DNA of 64,000 nucleotides from a virus: the IMG/VR virus record IMGVR_UViG_3300025154_000073, positions 9,045-73,044 of that record; one strand, written 5' to 3'. Numbering within the stretch: position 1 is the stretch's first letter; every line of letters starts with the position of its first letter. The notes beneath the pieces were generated by a model. That model searched no databases and was not told the DNA's origin. It saw only the letters and a list, made by a program, of their open reading frames with translations. This document shows, one piece after another, positions 1 through 10,757 of the stretch. The position numbers and the translations under genes were made by a program.

Positions 1-2
1 GG

Positions 3-959
3 TTGTACGCAGAAGTTGAACCGATGGCATACTCAGACCCAACAGGCTCGTTCACTCCTGTTATGGAGATAACCAATCGGGATTGGATGGGACAGCCTGA
101 AATAGAAGAAAAGCACGGAGATACGGTTTCCTATGTCGAGTATGGCGGAGTTGCATATAGCGGAACATCAGGCACATTTCTCGCTCTACTTGCAGATGCG
201 CCAGGTGGTGTGCCTGCGTTTAGGGGAGATGTGGAAAAGAACTCGGGTTTAGCACTTGCAGATCAGACACAATTGAATGCTCTGACTGGTAATATATATG
301 CCAATAAGAATTCACGTTACCCATCCATAAGTTTGGACATGGCAATTCCTCCCAGAAATCTTGACATCGCTCCGTATGAAACAGTTCAGGTTATTGTAAA
401 TTCTGGAGATACTGTTCGTGGGATTGCACTGAATAAGTTATACATTCCTGACACGGCGTCATGGCAGTATGACCCCAAAAATCAAATTCTTCTCTCATCA
501 ATTACGTTTCTAAATCTTGTCAACGGACAACCTGGGGAGACTATCACCATTCCAGACGCACCTCCCGAAGATGGGTTCGACCAGCCCGGAATTGACATTC
601 CCAACATTCCAATATTCACACCAGTTCCAATATCTAATTCTCCTACATATACATGGGTGATAAAAATGCCAGGAGTCGGAGGAATTCCCGGACCCAGACT
701 ACCCCAAGATCATACAGCCCTGCGGGTTGATGCTTATTGCGTAGGCGGAACTTCGGTAACTTTCAATATAGAGATATGCTCTTCTGCTGGAGGTGGTGGA
801 ACAGATATATTAGCGGCAGATGCGGTTGCCACTACAACTGCGGGTACAGCAGTTCCAGCGGTATCTGCAATTCCTCTTGGAAGTTGGCTCTGGTTGGACA
901 TCTCCTCCGTATCTGGGGCAGTAAGCGAATTTGTAGTTACTTTGGCAACATCAGGATAA
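3..959 (+). CDS. Minor tail/structural protein, 5'-truncated by window
   Basis: ORF open from window edge; lies upstream of tail fibre and lysis genes; beta-rich C-terminal domain after a Pro-rich linker. Confidence 0.5.
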   Translation: MYAEVEPMAYSDPTGSFTPVMEITNRDWMGQPEIEEKHGDTVSYVEYGGVAYSGTSGTFLALLADAPGGVPAFRGDVEKNSGLALADQTQLNALTGNIYANKNSRYPSISLDMAIPPRNLDIAPYETVQVIVNSGDTVRGIALNKLYIPDTASWQYDPKNQILLSSITFLNLVNGQPGETITIPDAPPEDGFDQPGIDIPNIPIFTPVPISNSPTYTWVIKMPGVGGIPGPRLPQDHTALRVDAYCVGGTSVTFNIEICSSAGGGGTDILAADAVATTTAGTAVPAVSAIPLGSWLWLDISSVSGAVSEFVVTLATSG

Positions 960-960
960 A

Positions 961-2442
961 ATGACAGAACCCAACAACGCCAATAACGGAAAAATCTATA
1001 ATTTAAGAATGCCAGACCCAAATAATTCAAGAGTAGCTCATACCTCGCTTGTAACTGGCTCTATGAATTTTTTGTCGTCTACATTTATGAATGCCGGTGG
1101 ATACGAAAGTCCTGGCATTACAGAACCCCTTGTATGGATTTCAGACGAGCCGGGCACGAGGGAGGCGGCTGTATTAATAAGTAGTACGATTTTAGATGTA
1201 ATTACGGTCTATACTGGAGTTACCGGAACCCCATCAATAACAAGAAGTAGCAGAACCGATTTCACACTAACAGACACTCAAGGCGTGCAGTGGCTTGGCA
1301 TAAAAAAGGTGGGAAATAATTACAATATATACTATGGAGAGATTCTAACTTCCGATTCTGTGTATAGATTCAAGAAAATGGTCATAACTCCTGGAGTTGG
1401 AAGCGTGGACACCCTTATAGATGAGATTCCTCTGTCTCCAGAAAATGGGGCATGGGATGTGGCTCAAGTCAAAAAGGTTGAAAATATTGGTCATGTCAGT
1501 TTGGTAAAGACCTACCCAAACAAAATTTATCCATATAGATTTGATATTTATATTTATTCTATTGACATGGATACCGAAGTTATCTCTGGTGGTCTTACCT
1601 GGTCGTCTGGGGGAACGCCTACCCACTGGAAAAGCTACATGAAAGACTTTTCTTCACAAAGTCTGGTTTCTGTAGTAGCCCTTACAGCTTCTATGGGAGT
1701 GCTACATTGGGCTACTCATTATGTGGACGACGCAAGTAATACGGTTGGCGGAACTCCATTAATATTTCATGTTGTCGCAGACGGTGTAGACACGATTACT
1801 TTAGACACCGTTTCAAACGATTGGATAGGAAGTTGGTCTGTTGATGGTTTCTCGAAAGTTTGTCAATACAATACAAAAGATTTCTTGTTGGTTTGCGAAG
1901 CTTCAAGAAACCCATCTAACGGTCTTACGCATAGAGACTTGATAGATACCAATGGAACAGTCACAACAGAATTCGACCCAACCACCACCATCTACAATCC
2001 AACAAGTTCAAGATTGCTTCCGTTTATATCCGATTTCGCATTTCCTGCGGTTGCATATATTACCGGAACGTATCATAATATAGACATCTACACTGGACAA
2101 CCAACCACTCAATTTTCAATAGCGGGGGTTACGTCAATATACAATATATTTCCTAATTTAGATGCCTTTGACGGCTCAATCTATCTTAGTGTTAGAAAAG
2201 ATGCGAAAGACAAGATCATAGGAGTGAATCCGTACACTATGGATATTACAAAAACAATTGAGGTTACTCTTCCAAGCGCATCTACTTTAACAAGTAGTAC
2301 CGTAAAGAATAGTTTCAATCACGGGAATTTTTTTGTTCGGTGGGGAATAGGCGGTTTCTCCGCGCTACAAGTGTATATATCTTATTTATTCAATCTGAAA
2401 TCTGGATTGAATCAAGTCCAAATGATAATTGAGCAAAACTAA
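961..2442 (+). CDS. Putative tail-associated protein (493 aa)
   Basis: Long Thr/Ser/Val-rich ORF tightly coupled to neighbours in the tail module; no recognised family. Confidence 0.45.
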   Translation: MTEPNNANNGKIYNLRMPDPNNSRVAHTSLVTGSMNFLSSTFMNAGGYESPGITEPLVWISDEPGTREAAVLISSTILDVITVYTGVTGTPSITRSSRTDFTLTDTQGVQWLGIKKVGNNYNIYYGEILTSDSVYRFKKMVITPGVGSVDTLIDEIPLSPENGAWDVAQVKKVENIGHVSLVKTYPNKIYPYRFDIYIYSIDMDTEVISGGLTWSSGGTPTHWKSYMKDFSSQSLVSVVALTASMGVLHWATHYVDDASNTVGGTPLIFHVVADGVDTITLDTVSNDWIGSWSVDGFSKVCQYNTKDFLLVCEASRNPSNGLTHRDLIDTNGTVTTEFDPTTTIYNPTSSRLLPFISDFAFPAVAYITGTYHNIDIYTGQPTTQFSIAGVTSIYNIFPNLDAFDGSIYLSVRKDAKDKIIGVNPYTMDITKTIEVTLPSASTLTSSTVKNSFNHGNFFVRWGIGGFSALQVYISYLFNLKSGLNQVQMIIEQN

Positions 2443-4595
2443 TGACTCGAAAATTAAGGAAATCTTTTTCGGAATTCGATAAGACCCTAGCCAAAGAACC
2501 AAACATTCTCTTTGGAGAACTTGGTATTCCTCTTGGGGGAAAACAAGTAGTAGAAGTTGTAACTCGCAATGGTTTTGTGTATGTTCGCCTACGAAGCAAT
2601 ACATCGGAAATAATTCAAGCCTTCAATGACAAGGTATCCCCCGCCTATGGACTTCCTGTACTTGTTGTCAGGGAGGGAAATCGCTATGTTATAAAAGGTA
2701 GAGATACCGAAAGATATTCAGATTGGGGAAATGATTCTCCCTATCTCCCTCGACATGGAAACGCACACTCGTTCAATCCAGATGGAAGCGGAGGTGGGGA
2801 TATGGTTTGGGTGTATGGGCAACAGATAATGCCCGCCCTGACTTTTCCGTCTGGCTCTTATGGTGCAGATAATGTATTGATTGCGTCCTATCCTCTAAAA
2901 AACCTGAACGGGGATTGGATGTATATTGGCAATACAGGAACTCCGTCTCTTACTCAATACAATCCTGTGTCTGGGTCTGCTTTGATATTAATTAGCATTG
3001 ACACCAATACAGGGAATCCTTATTTACAGGCAACCACTGGGACATACATCCCTGAGTCAATCACCAGCATACAGGGATTGATGCCCTATCTTCCAGATAA
3101 TAATAGTCCCCAATACATGCCAGATTCATTTGTCAGATTGGGGAGTGGAACATCAGTAATTGATTGGGGCAATATTTATGATATTAGACAATTTATCCCA
3201 GTATTGTCCACAGGTACTTTTATTGCAGACGGGGCAATTACTCCCGTTAAATTAGCCAACGCTTCCGCCCAATACAAATATCTTGTAGCTGGCGCAACCC
3301 CGTTTGCATACGCCGAAAGCGTGGGGGCGTTGAACATCGCCAGCGGCAAGACGCTGGTTGTGTCAGAGAGCTTGACGCTGACTGCTGGGGCAGCGGGATA
3401 TACACTGACAGTGCCAGGTACGGGTGTCGCATTAGTCAAGCCGACTGCGCTCACAGTTGGCTATATTCCGTTTGGGATTGCCGCAAATTTAGTTGGCGAG
3501 GATGCTGGATTATTTTGGGATAACACAAACAAAAGATTAGGAATTATTCAAGTCGCCCCCGTTGCCCCTCTGCATGTAGGCGATTCGACGGTTAATAATA
3601 GTGTTGACGCCCAGATATTAATTTCGCGTGCCGTAAATGATGATGTTGCCGGAAATGGTCACGCATTTTCGGATTCATCCACCATCACTAGGTCTGGAAC
3701 TATTGCCTACAATTCGTTTGACGGTAGAACTATATTTTCGGGAACAAATAACTACGATCATTATGCTTTAATGCAAGCGGCGGTAACATACAATTCTTCC
3801 GGGACAATGACAAATTTGTATGGATTTATCAACGTCCCAGCCATTAGTGCCGGAACAATAACAAATTCATACGGCATTAAGATCAATAATCCAACAGGTG
3901 CGGGAGCATTGACTAATAATTATGGGGTTTACGTAAGCGCTCTTACAAAGGGTGGGACGCTAAACTATGCGATTTATACTGCGGGCGCTACGATAAGTTA
4001 TTTTGGGGGCGCGGTAAGTTTTGCCGACACCACAGAGTCCACATCCGCATCTACTGGCGCATTAAAGGTATCAGGCGGCATAGGCGTGGCGAAGAATGTC
4101 TATATTGCTGGCAAACTCGGAGTAGGTGTAAATCCAAGTTATTATATAGACGGAGTTGTGCCGAGCGGGGCAAACAGAAGCATTCTACGATTGGGCGTAT
4201 TGGGCGTAACCAATGGTTTAACCGTAGACTACACCAACACTGGCACGATAATCACGATCCGAGGGGCTGACAGCCAACTTATAATAGGCGCACCAACTGG
4301 AGACGGAAAAGGGAAGGGGACGATTAACGCGCAGGCAGTTTATGATGATGGGGCGGGGCCGCTTACCGATTTTGTTTTTGAACCAGATTACAAAATGTTA
4401 TCAATCTCGGAAATGACGAGGTATTATAATAAAGAAAAACATCTTCCAACCCTGCCTGGCATGGATGAATGGAAGGAAAAAAAGGGTTTATCTCTTGGTC
4501 AGATGTCAATAAATCTTTGGGAAACAATCGAAGTGCAGGCGAGATATATTACGGAATTAAATCAAAGATTGGAAATTTTGGAGAAAGGAAATTAA
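2442..4595 (+). CDS. Tail fibre / receptor-binding protein with C-terminal chaperone-like domain
   Basis: Gly/Thr/Asn-rich beta repeats (STGALKVSGGIGVAKNVYI); C-terminal DFVFEPDYKMLS...KEKHLP...ETIE plus coiled coil typical of fibre tips. Confidence 0.7.
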   Translation: MTRKLRKSFSEFDKTLAKEPNILFGELGIPLGGKQVVEVVTRNGFVYVRLRSNTSEIIQAFNDKVSPAYGLPVLVVREGNRYVIKGRDTERYSDWGNDSPYLPRHGNAHSFNPDGSGGGDMVWVYGQQIMPALTFPSGSYGADNVLIASYPLKNLNGDWMYIGNTGTPSLTQYNPVSGSALILISIDTNTGNPYLQATTGTYIPESITSIQGLMPYLPDNNSPQYMPDSFVRLGSGTSVIDWGNIYDIRQFIPVLSTGTFIADGAITPVKLANASAQYKYLVAGATPFAYAESVGALNIASGKTLVVSESLTLTAGAAGYTLTVPGTGVALVKPTALTVGYIPFGIAANLVGEDAGLFWDNTNKRLGIIQVAPVAPLHVGDSTVNNSVDAQILISRAVNDDVAGNGHAFSDSSTITRSGTIAYNSFDGRTIFSGTNNYDHYALMQAAVTYNSSGTMTNLYGFINVPAISAGTITNSYGIKINNPTGAGALTNNYGVYVSALTKGGTLNYAIYTAGATISYFGGAVSFADTTESTSASTGALKVSGGIGVAKNVYIAGKLGVGVNPSYYIDGVVPSGANRSILRLGVLGVTNGLTVDYTNTGTIITIRGADSQLIIGAPTGDGKGKGTINAQAVYDDGAGPLTDFVFEPDYKMLSISEMTRYYNKEKHLPTLPGMDEWKEKKGLSLGQMSINLWETIEVQARYITELNQRLEILEKGN

Positions 4596-4600
4596 ATAAA

Positions 4601-4819
4601 ATGGAAATCAGCAAAGAAGTTAAAATACAGATAATCGAGAACGAGATTGCCGCTCATTTGAACGGACAGTATCTTTTAGAGATGCGCTATCGGGTGAGTA
4701 AAAAAATCGGTGCATCACCAGATGAATTGAAGGCAATCACGGACGAACTGACGAAGCTCGCCGCAAAACTTGACGAATGGGAGACGGTCAAGTCTGAATT
4801 GGAGAAGGAGTCAAAATGA
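4601..4819 (+). CDS. Small helical protein after the fibre gene (start reassigned to ATG 4601)
   Basis: AAGGA RBS upstream; overlaps the next gene start. Confidence 0.5.
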   Translation: MEISKEVKIQIIENEIAAHLNGQYLLEMRYRVSKKIGASPDELKAITDELTKLAAKLDEWETVKSELEKESK

Positions 4820-5790
4820 AAGTAACTAAAATAATTGCTGGCGCGATTGCAATAATTCTCGCGCTTGTTGGCATAGGAGCAACCGCCGCGCAGTCTGATG
4901 TTCTCTGGCGCGGGGATGCGGAGACGGGTGATTTGTCTCAATGGGAAGTCCGCGCGCCGGGTCAAATCAGTGTCGTAACGAACCCTGTAGGACAAGGGAG
5001 ATACGCGTACAAGTTTGTCCTGCCCGCCGATTTTGTTTCTCAAGGCGGAAAAGAGGCGGTATGGCTTTCTTCCAAGCCTTTCCATAGTGACGTAAGCGGC
5101 GAAGAAAAATACTATGGCTGGCAAGTGTTCATCCCAGCCGACTACCCCACCAACTCCGCATGGGCGCTTGTCATGCAGTTCAAAGGCGAGGGCACAGGTT
5201 CGCCGCCTGTTGCTTTGGGATATCGCAACAACTCGTGGAGTATAAATAATAATCCTGTTGCAGGAACTGGAAACAACGTAGTTCTTGCAAGGTTCGGAGC
5301 AACCAAAGGCAGATGGGAAAGATTTGTTTTCCATATCAAATGGTCTCCAGATCCATCTGTGGGTTTTATTGAAGCCTGGCACAACGGAAATTTAATCTTA
5401 CCACTGAAGCACGTTTCAACTATTCATCTAAGCGGCGGTAATCCGGTACAAAATTATATTGATATGGGAATGTACCGCGATCCTAGTGTAAATGATACGG
5501 TAACTTTTTATCACGATGGGTTTATCGTGTGTAAAACCTATGTGTGTGCGGCGGGAGGACTACCCCCTGTTACTGGCGTTCCAACTCAGACAAATACTGC
5601 TCTGCCTATTACCAGAACGCCCACAGCAAGCCGTACACCTACACAGACACCTATTCCTTTTACGGTTACGCCCAGCCTGACTCCGCCTGTTGTGACTGCG
5701 ACATTTACCCCAACAACCGCCCCGACATGCTTTGATGTATTCCGGTTTCGAAATGGTATTTATGAAAAGATAGGTAATATTTGCCCATGA
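4816..5790 (+). CDS. Secreted polysaccharide lyase-like protein (heparin lyase I / Polysacc_lyase-like fold) with Thr/Pro tail
   Basis: N-terminal signal peptide; GDAETGDLSQW, YYGWQVFIP, LVMQFK, GFIEAWHNG and DMGMYR motifs; TP-rich C-terminus. Confidence 0.65.
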   Translation: MKVTKIIAGAIAIILALVGIGATAAQSDVLWRGDAETGDLSQWEVRAPGQISVVTNPVGQGRYAYKFVLPADFVSQGGKEAVWLSSKPFHSDVSGEEKYYGWQVFIPADYPTNSAWALVMQFKGEGTGSPPVALGYRNNSWSINNNPVAGTGNNVVLARFGATKGRWERFVFHIKWSPDPSVGFIEAWHNGNLILPLKHVSTIHLSGGNPVQNYIDMGMYRDPSVNDTVTFYHDGFIVCKTYVCAAGGLPPVTGVPTQTNTALPITRTPTASRTPTQTPIPFTVTPSLTPPVVTATFTPTTAPTCFDVFRFRNGIYEKIGNICP

Positions 5791-5962
5791 GCAACTTATA
5801 CCAAGTTCTGCCCGACTATCTAATTCCCAATTTCTATCGCAGCGGACGAGAAGGATTCCCTGTCTATCATCCTATTTGGTCATTAGGTGAATGCTTCCTG
5901 CCGATGGATATGTTAGTCAAGCTGGAAGATGATACAATTATTCCATCGCCTTACAATCCCGC

Positions 5963-7711
5963 GTGAAGGTCAATATGCAAATAAAACAACCGCCAATATA
6001 TGACGTAAGTCATTGGGAAGAAATCCCAGATTTTACAAAGGTCTCACCACGACCCGTTCTATTTATTACAAAAGCAACAGAAGGAATAACATATAAAGAT
6101 GATAAATTTATTCGTTTCTTTGGTGGCATGAAACAAATAGGTGTGTTGCGTGGTGCGTATCATTTCTTCCGGCAGGCATATAATTCGGTTGCTCAGGCGA
6201 AGTTTTTTCTTGGCTTTGTGGGTCAATTTATCACTTATAAAGACTTGCTGATTTTGGATGTTGAAGAGGGTGGAGAGACGGCTCCCATGCTTCAAGACTG
6301 GCTGGAGTATGTTCGTACTGAGCGACCTAATAATCAAATCATTATATACAGTCGCAAGAACATCCTTGATAGTATTTTGATGACATCTACTCAAAGAGCT
6401 TATTTCAAAACGTTCTCTATTTGGACAGCTGGTTATCCATATTTTCCAGACCAATACAGCACACCGCCCGCAAGTTATATTCCAGATCAGACACGTTTCG
6501 GGCCTGTTGTGCTGTGGCAATATTCAGATAAGGGGATTGTTTCAGGAATTCAAGGCTACGTGGATGTCAATTGGATTGACCCCGTTTTTCTTGAAAAGAT
6601 GAACGGTTTACCTGACCCTCCTCCTCCCCCCACCGACGACACTATTTTATCCGAGCGCGAATACTTCCTTGGCGCAATTGAAAAAAGATGCGAAACTATC
6701 ACAACACATGGAAAGGCAATATATAACCTAACCGAAATACTAACCGAAAAAGTAGAAAAGTTCTTTATCAGTCCACAATTGCAATCCCGCCAATATGTAC
6801 CTAAGTTTTTAGAGGATTACGATCTGCACTTTGCAATAAATTGTGACGGGTGGACAACGCCTCCATTAATCCCCACTGGCTATAACGCTTCAGAGGGTCA
6901 TCCTTATGGAATTACAGGAAATGAAGAAACAGTTTATGTAAGCAAGGATAACACTTTCTCTCTTACCCGCCCCGCCTCTATCTGGAACGCCTTTTCGTTT
7001 CAAAACCGCCTGATAAAAGATGGCGTAATTCCTGTCATAAATAAGAGTGTTGATGACATCCGTGCCCGCACAGCAATTGGGTATACACAAGATCAATCAA
7101 AGGTCTATCTAATCACAGTAGATGGTGGAGACCAGTACTCAAAAGAGGGCTTGAACTTCCAAGAGACCGCCGCTATACTACTTAAATTAGGGTGCTATCA
7201 GGCATTTATGCTGGATGGCGGTGGCAGCACGGCAAAGGTGGTTGAAGATCACGGAGTAAAGGTTATTGGATTGACAAGTGGCGAGGATTTGGTTTTGCAG
7301 TATGGCGCACTTTTGCGCCGTGTATTGAACATTTTTGGATTACAAATGAAAGACGGGACGGTCGAACCGCCCACAGGAGAAACCATGACTCATAAAGTTT
7401 TAGTGGCAGTAAAACCGAGGATTGAACATAGCATGTATGCCAATAGCGCAAGCGTCAATCTGGCGGTTGGCACAGAGTTTGAAAGCACCATATCTTTTAT
7501 CGTAAATGACCCGTCCCGCGTTGACAACGGCGTGACGTTCGTTCAGATAATCGGCGGAACGTATAACCAGTATTGGGTTCCCCTGATTTATAAATCAGTT
7601 GAATATGTCAAGGCTTTGGATGTGGTCGTTCCTCCTCCAACAACCGTCTGGCCCGACAAATTGACAGCCCACTACGGAACCGAAACAAAGGACTACTTCC
7701 CCAATGCTTGA
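5963..7711 (+). CDS. Modular endolysin: GH25 muramidase plus phosphodiester-glycosidase (NAGPA-like) domain
   Basis: GH25 motifs DVSHWE, KATEG, GAYHFF, LDVE, LWQYS; poly-Pro linker; NAGPA-like RARTAIG, ITVDG, MLDGGGST. Confidence 0.8.
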   Translation: MKVNMQIKQPPIYDVSHWEEIPDFTKVSPRPVLFITKATEGITYKDDKFIRFFGGMKQIGVLRGAYHFFRQAYNSVAQAKFFLGFVGQFITYKDLLILDVEEGGETAPMLQDWLEYVRTERPNNQIIIYSRKNILDSILMTSTQRAYFKTFSIWTAGYPYFPDQYSTPPASYIPDQTRFGPVVLWQYSDKGIVSGIQGYVDVNWIDPVFLEKMNGLPDPPPPPTDDTILSEREYFLGAIEKRCETITTHGKAIYNLTEILTEKVEKFFISPQLQSRQYVPKFLEDYDLHFAINCDGWTTPPLIPTGYNASEGHPYGITGNEETVYVSKDNTFSLTRPASIWNAFSFQNRLIKDGVIPVINKSVDDIRARTAIGYTQDQSKVYLITVDGGDQYSKEGLNFQETAAILLKLGCYQAFMLDGGGSTAKVVEDHGVKVIGLTSGEDLVLQYGALLRRVLNIFGLQMKDGTVEPPTGETMTHKVLVAVKPRIEHSMYANSASVNLAVGTEFESTISFIVNDPSRVDNGVTFVQIIGGTYNQYWVPLIYKSVEYVKALDVVVPPPTTVWPDKLTAHYGTETKDYFPNA

Positions 7712-8561
7712 TTCTATTGTTGCCTCACAAGGCGATAATACCAAGACCTATTCGCCTAAACGTGCTTTGCCTGACCCCGGAGTAGGCAAACGATGGGCGC
7801 GGGTAATAACTACGCCTGAGTACTGTAAAAAGAAAGGGCTACCCATCAGGAATATTCTCGAATATCCTTTGATGGTGGCAAAAAGTTTCTCGTCAATTCC
7901 TGACGTGTTTCAGCGTACCATCGCCAGTAAAGAAGAAAATCCTGTTACCCTGACCGAGCCTGTTCAACGGTGGGTGTATGCCCGCTTCAGGGAGTGCGCA
8001 CCAAAGTGGCTGTCTGAGCTTGAACTATTGAAGGCGTGGCTGAATGCCTTTGAAAGCGCAAAGGCTTTTTGTAATGGTACGGGAGTCAACAAGATTGACG
8101 AGAATACTGGCGAGTACCTGTATGCCGATTTTATCGGTGGAACAGGACTGGATAAAAAAGGCTTCAAACTATGGGCTACAATTTGTCGCGGCGCGTTGGT
8201 CAAGGTATCGCAAGAGGCGTATTGGGGCGGAGAATGGCGAGTACAGATCGAGGTTATGGATGTGTTTGATCCCGCCACCCTGACCAAGACATACAAAGGC
8301 AATGAGCATTTATTCACACCTGCGATTAGCTGGAATCGGATGTGGATCAATCCTACAACAGCAAATCCGTATGGCACACCTGACCCCGCCATGCCTTATG
8401 GACGTGCAAATCCTTTTCCCCATTTCGGAGACGACAGAAGTACGATAGTGCCAATCCCTTTATTGGGGAAAGGCGTCAAAGTGAGTTATCTTCCGAGAGA
8501 GTGGATTGAATATCTAAATGCTGGAGACCCCTACCCTAATTTCTATTGGGAAAATTTCTAA
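7704..8561 (+). CDS. Hypothetical protein in lysis module
   Basis: 285-aa ORF overlapping the endolysin stop. Confidence 0.5.
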   Translation: MLDSIVASQGDNTKTYSPKRALPDPGVGKRWARVITTPEYCKKKGLPIRNILEYPLMVAKSFSSIPDVFQRTIASKEENPVTLTEPVQRWVYARFRECAPKWLSELELLKAWLNAFESAKAFCNGTGVNKIDENTGEYLYADFIGGTGLDKKGFKLWATICRGALVKVSQEAYWGGEWRVQIEVMDVFDPATLTKTYKGNEHLFTPAISWNRMWINPTTANPYGTPDPAMPYGRANPFPHFGDDRSTIVPIPLLGKGVKVSYLPREWIEYLNAGDPYPNFYWENF

Positions 8562-8584
8562 TTATGACGTAATAAGTCCCTCAT

Positions 8585-8986
8585 GTGAGGGATAAAATCT
8601 TGCTCGACTGGATAAAATTTATGAATATTGAATTGTTTCTACAAGAAAAGAGTTGGATTGCATTGATTGTCTATATTCTCATAAAGGAAATATGGCCGTT
8701 TTTCCGCGACAAGATTTACCCGAGCAGGATGGCGGAAGAACATTTGATTCGAGAACGGAGGGTTAAAATGGAGGAACGCGCTTTGAAAAACGATGAGCGT
8801 AATATTATCGCTTTTGAAAGCATGTCGCTGGCCGTTCAGCACATGACTCTGGCGCTTACCAGCAACAATGAGCGACTCTCAACATTGATAGCGGATCAAG
8901 CCAGACATGCGACCTTTATGTCGGATGCCATTGCTGATATGCGCGAAAAAGTTGCAGCAGGTCATGCGGACATAAATAAAAGATAG
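8585..8986 (+). CDS. Holin-like membrane protein (one N-terminal TM plus coiled coil)
   Basis: Hydrophobic WIALIVYILIKEIWPFF followed by heptad-like helix; last gene of lysis module. Confidence 0.45.
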   Translation: MRDKILLDWIKFMNIELFLQEKSWIALIVYILIKEIWPFFRDKIYPSRMAEEHLIRERRVKMEERALKNDERNIIAFESMSLAVQHMTLALTSNNERLSTLIADQARHATFMSDAIADMREKVAAGHADINKR

Positions 8987-9016
8987 GGAACGCGCTAGTT
9001 CAGGCGTTCCCTATCT
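8981..9016. terminator. Hairpin terminator between convergent gene arms
   Basis: 13-bp inverted repeat AGATAGGGAACGC / GCGTTCCCTATCT. Confidence 0.7.
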
Positions 9017-9065
9017 CTTCTCTAACCGGTCTTTTTTGAGTCTTTACGTCATGTTCATAAAGTAA

Positions 9066-9950
9066 TTACTCCACATCCTGTATCAGTTGCAGGCGAACAT
9101 GCCTGCTCTCTAGCCAAAAACGCAACCAAACACATCCCATAGGCTTTGGGGGTGCGCCGCGCTCCACATGCCAACCACCAGAACCATCGCCATAATCGTT
9201 TTTATAGGTTGCCGTTCTAACATGATATTGCATGTCTTGATATATAATTCCAGCGTCACTAAGTCTTTCACGGGGCATTGATAAGACCCACGACTCATGA
9301 ATGTGGCCATTGACCACTATATCTGCGTCTGGCAAAAACACGGCTTGACGGTTTGATTGAATAACGCCTTTTGTGACAGGCCCGCCGCCACCAGAACCAT
9401 GAAAATATTTTAGATTTATGGTCTCTCTTTGTGTTCCGTTTATTGTGAAATGAAATATTACCCATCCCCCATACGCTCCCTTATTTACAATCCCCCCATC
9501 TTTTTGCATCCCCTTCACAAATAGGTCAATCAGGTTTACATCTGAGTTCTTGGCTACGCTTACTTCGTGATTCCCCACCGCCTGCAACGCCCACAGGTCT
9601 CTATACGGTCTATAAAACTCTATTGCCTCATCAGTAATTACGTTGAAATATGACTCTCCCAATATCATTTTCTGAGCATATTCTTTTCTCATATCCGGAT
9701 AGGATTTGCGAGGATCGTACCTCCCCTGCATTACATCAAATAAATCTCCAAAGTCCAATATATGAGCATTTCTTTCTTTTGCAAGTTCGAGATGTTTGAG
9801 TTCTAGTTGTCTGTTGTTTCCTGCGCTATCGTGGTGGGCATCTGAACGAAGCATAAACCATTTTTCCCAACCCGCGCTAACCTCGAAATAGTTCGATAAA
9901 ACATTGGGCGATTTCTTTTCAATCCTTATCGGTTTTGTTTTTTTCAACAT
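9066..9950 (-). CDS. Calcineurin-like metallophosphoesterase
   Basis: SDAH, GDLFD, GNHE, YFHG and GHIH motifs. Confidence 0.8.
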   Translation of the reverse strand: MLKKTKPIRIEKKSPNVLSNYFEVSAGWEKWFMLRSDAHHDSAGNNRQLELKHLELAKERNAHILDFGDLFDVMQGRYDPRKSYPDMRKEYAQKMILGESYFNVITDEAIEFYRPYRDLWALQAVGNHEVSVAKNSDVNLIDLFVKGMQKDGGIVNKGAYGGWVIFHFTINGTQRETINLKYFHGSGGGGPVTKGVIQSNRQAVFLPDADIVVNGHIHESWVLSMPRERLSDAGIIYQDMQYHVRTATYKNDYGDGSGGWHVERGAPPKPMGCVWLRFWLESRHVRLQLIQDVE

Positions 9951-10022
9951 TCCTCACATGACAATATGATATTTAGGTTAAATTATATCAGTAAACACGG
10001 TGTTTTCTTTACTTCGCCACAA

Positions 10023-10757
10023 CTATTGGCTTGCGTTACAAACTACGCCGCACTCGGTCTCAAGTTCTGACTTATAATTACCTGCGGACGGATCGAGTTC
10101 GTCAAGATATACATCTTTGTTTACACGAACGCCCATTTTGCGTTCTTGCTTGACCATGCGCTCAAAGGATTCTGGGAAGTCAACGCGGATTTTATTCCAG
10201 TAACCTTTGCCGCCTTTTACGCACCCAATACAGTTATTGTTTTTATAGCCAAGTTTGTACATGGCTGGTAATTCAATGTCTGCTTGCATGAGCATATCGA
10301 GACAGGCTTGCTTATTCATGCCAGCGTCACGCAACGGAAACATAAGATAGAGTTCAGGATTATTACGCTCAAAGCGGGCAAGGCGGGCGAGTTCGTCTAC
10401 GCCAAAACCAAACACATGCACATCACCAGCGACCTGATATTGTTCGCGGACATTGCGCTTTAGTTCTGTTGTGCAACGTGCGCCACCTGGACCAACAAGC
10501 CAACCTGTTTTGTCGAACACATCGAAAATATTCTTATACTTTTCGGAATTCAAGATTTTAATTTCTTTGCCTATCCACTTTTCGACATCGGCAATAAATC
10601 GGCGGTTGTCTGGATGCTCAAAGGCTAAGGTATCGCAGTATAAAATCTCTGCGTCTGGATGCTGTTTGAGTGTGAGTTTTGCCGCACACGCCGAAGCTGC
10701 TCCGCATGAGAACCACACGAGGACACGACCGGCGGGCTGTTGAGGCAATCTAGTCAT
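10023..10757 (-). CDS. PAPS-reductase / adenine-nucleotide alpha-hydrolase family protein (phage type)
   Basis: WFSCGAASA PP-loop variant, EHPDN, RCTTELK, NNNCIGCVKGG. Confidence 0.7.
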   Translation of the reverse strand: MTRLPQQPAGRVLVWFSCGAASACAAKLTLKQHPDAEILYCDTLAFEHPDNRRFIADVEKWIGKEIKILNSEKYKNIFDVFDKTGWLVGPGGARCTTELKRNVREQYQVAGDVHVFGFGVDELARLARFERNNPELYLMFPLRDAGMNKQACLDMLMQADIELPAMYKLGYKNNNCIGCVKGGKGYWNKIRVDFPESFERMVKQERKMGVRVNKDVYLDELDPSAGNYKSELETECGVVCNASQ

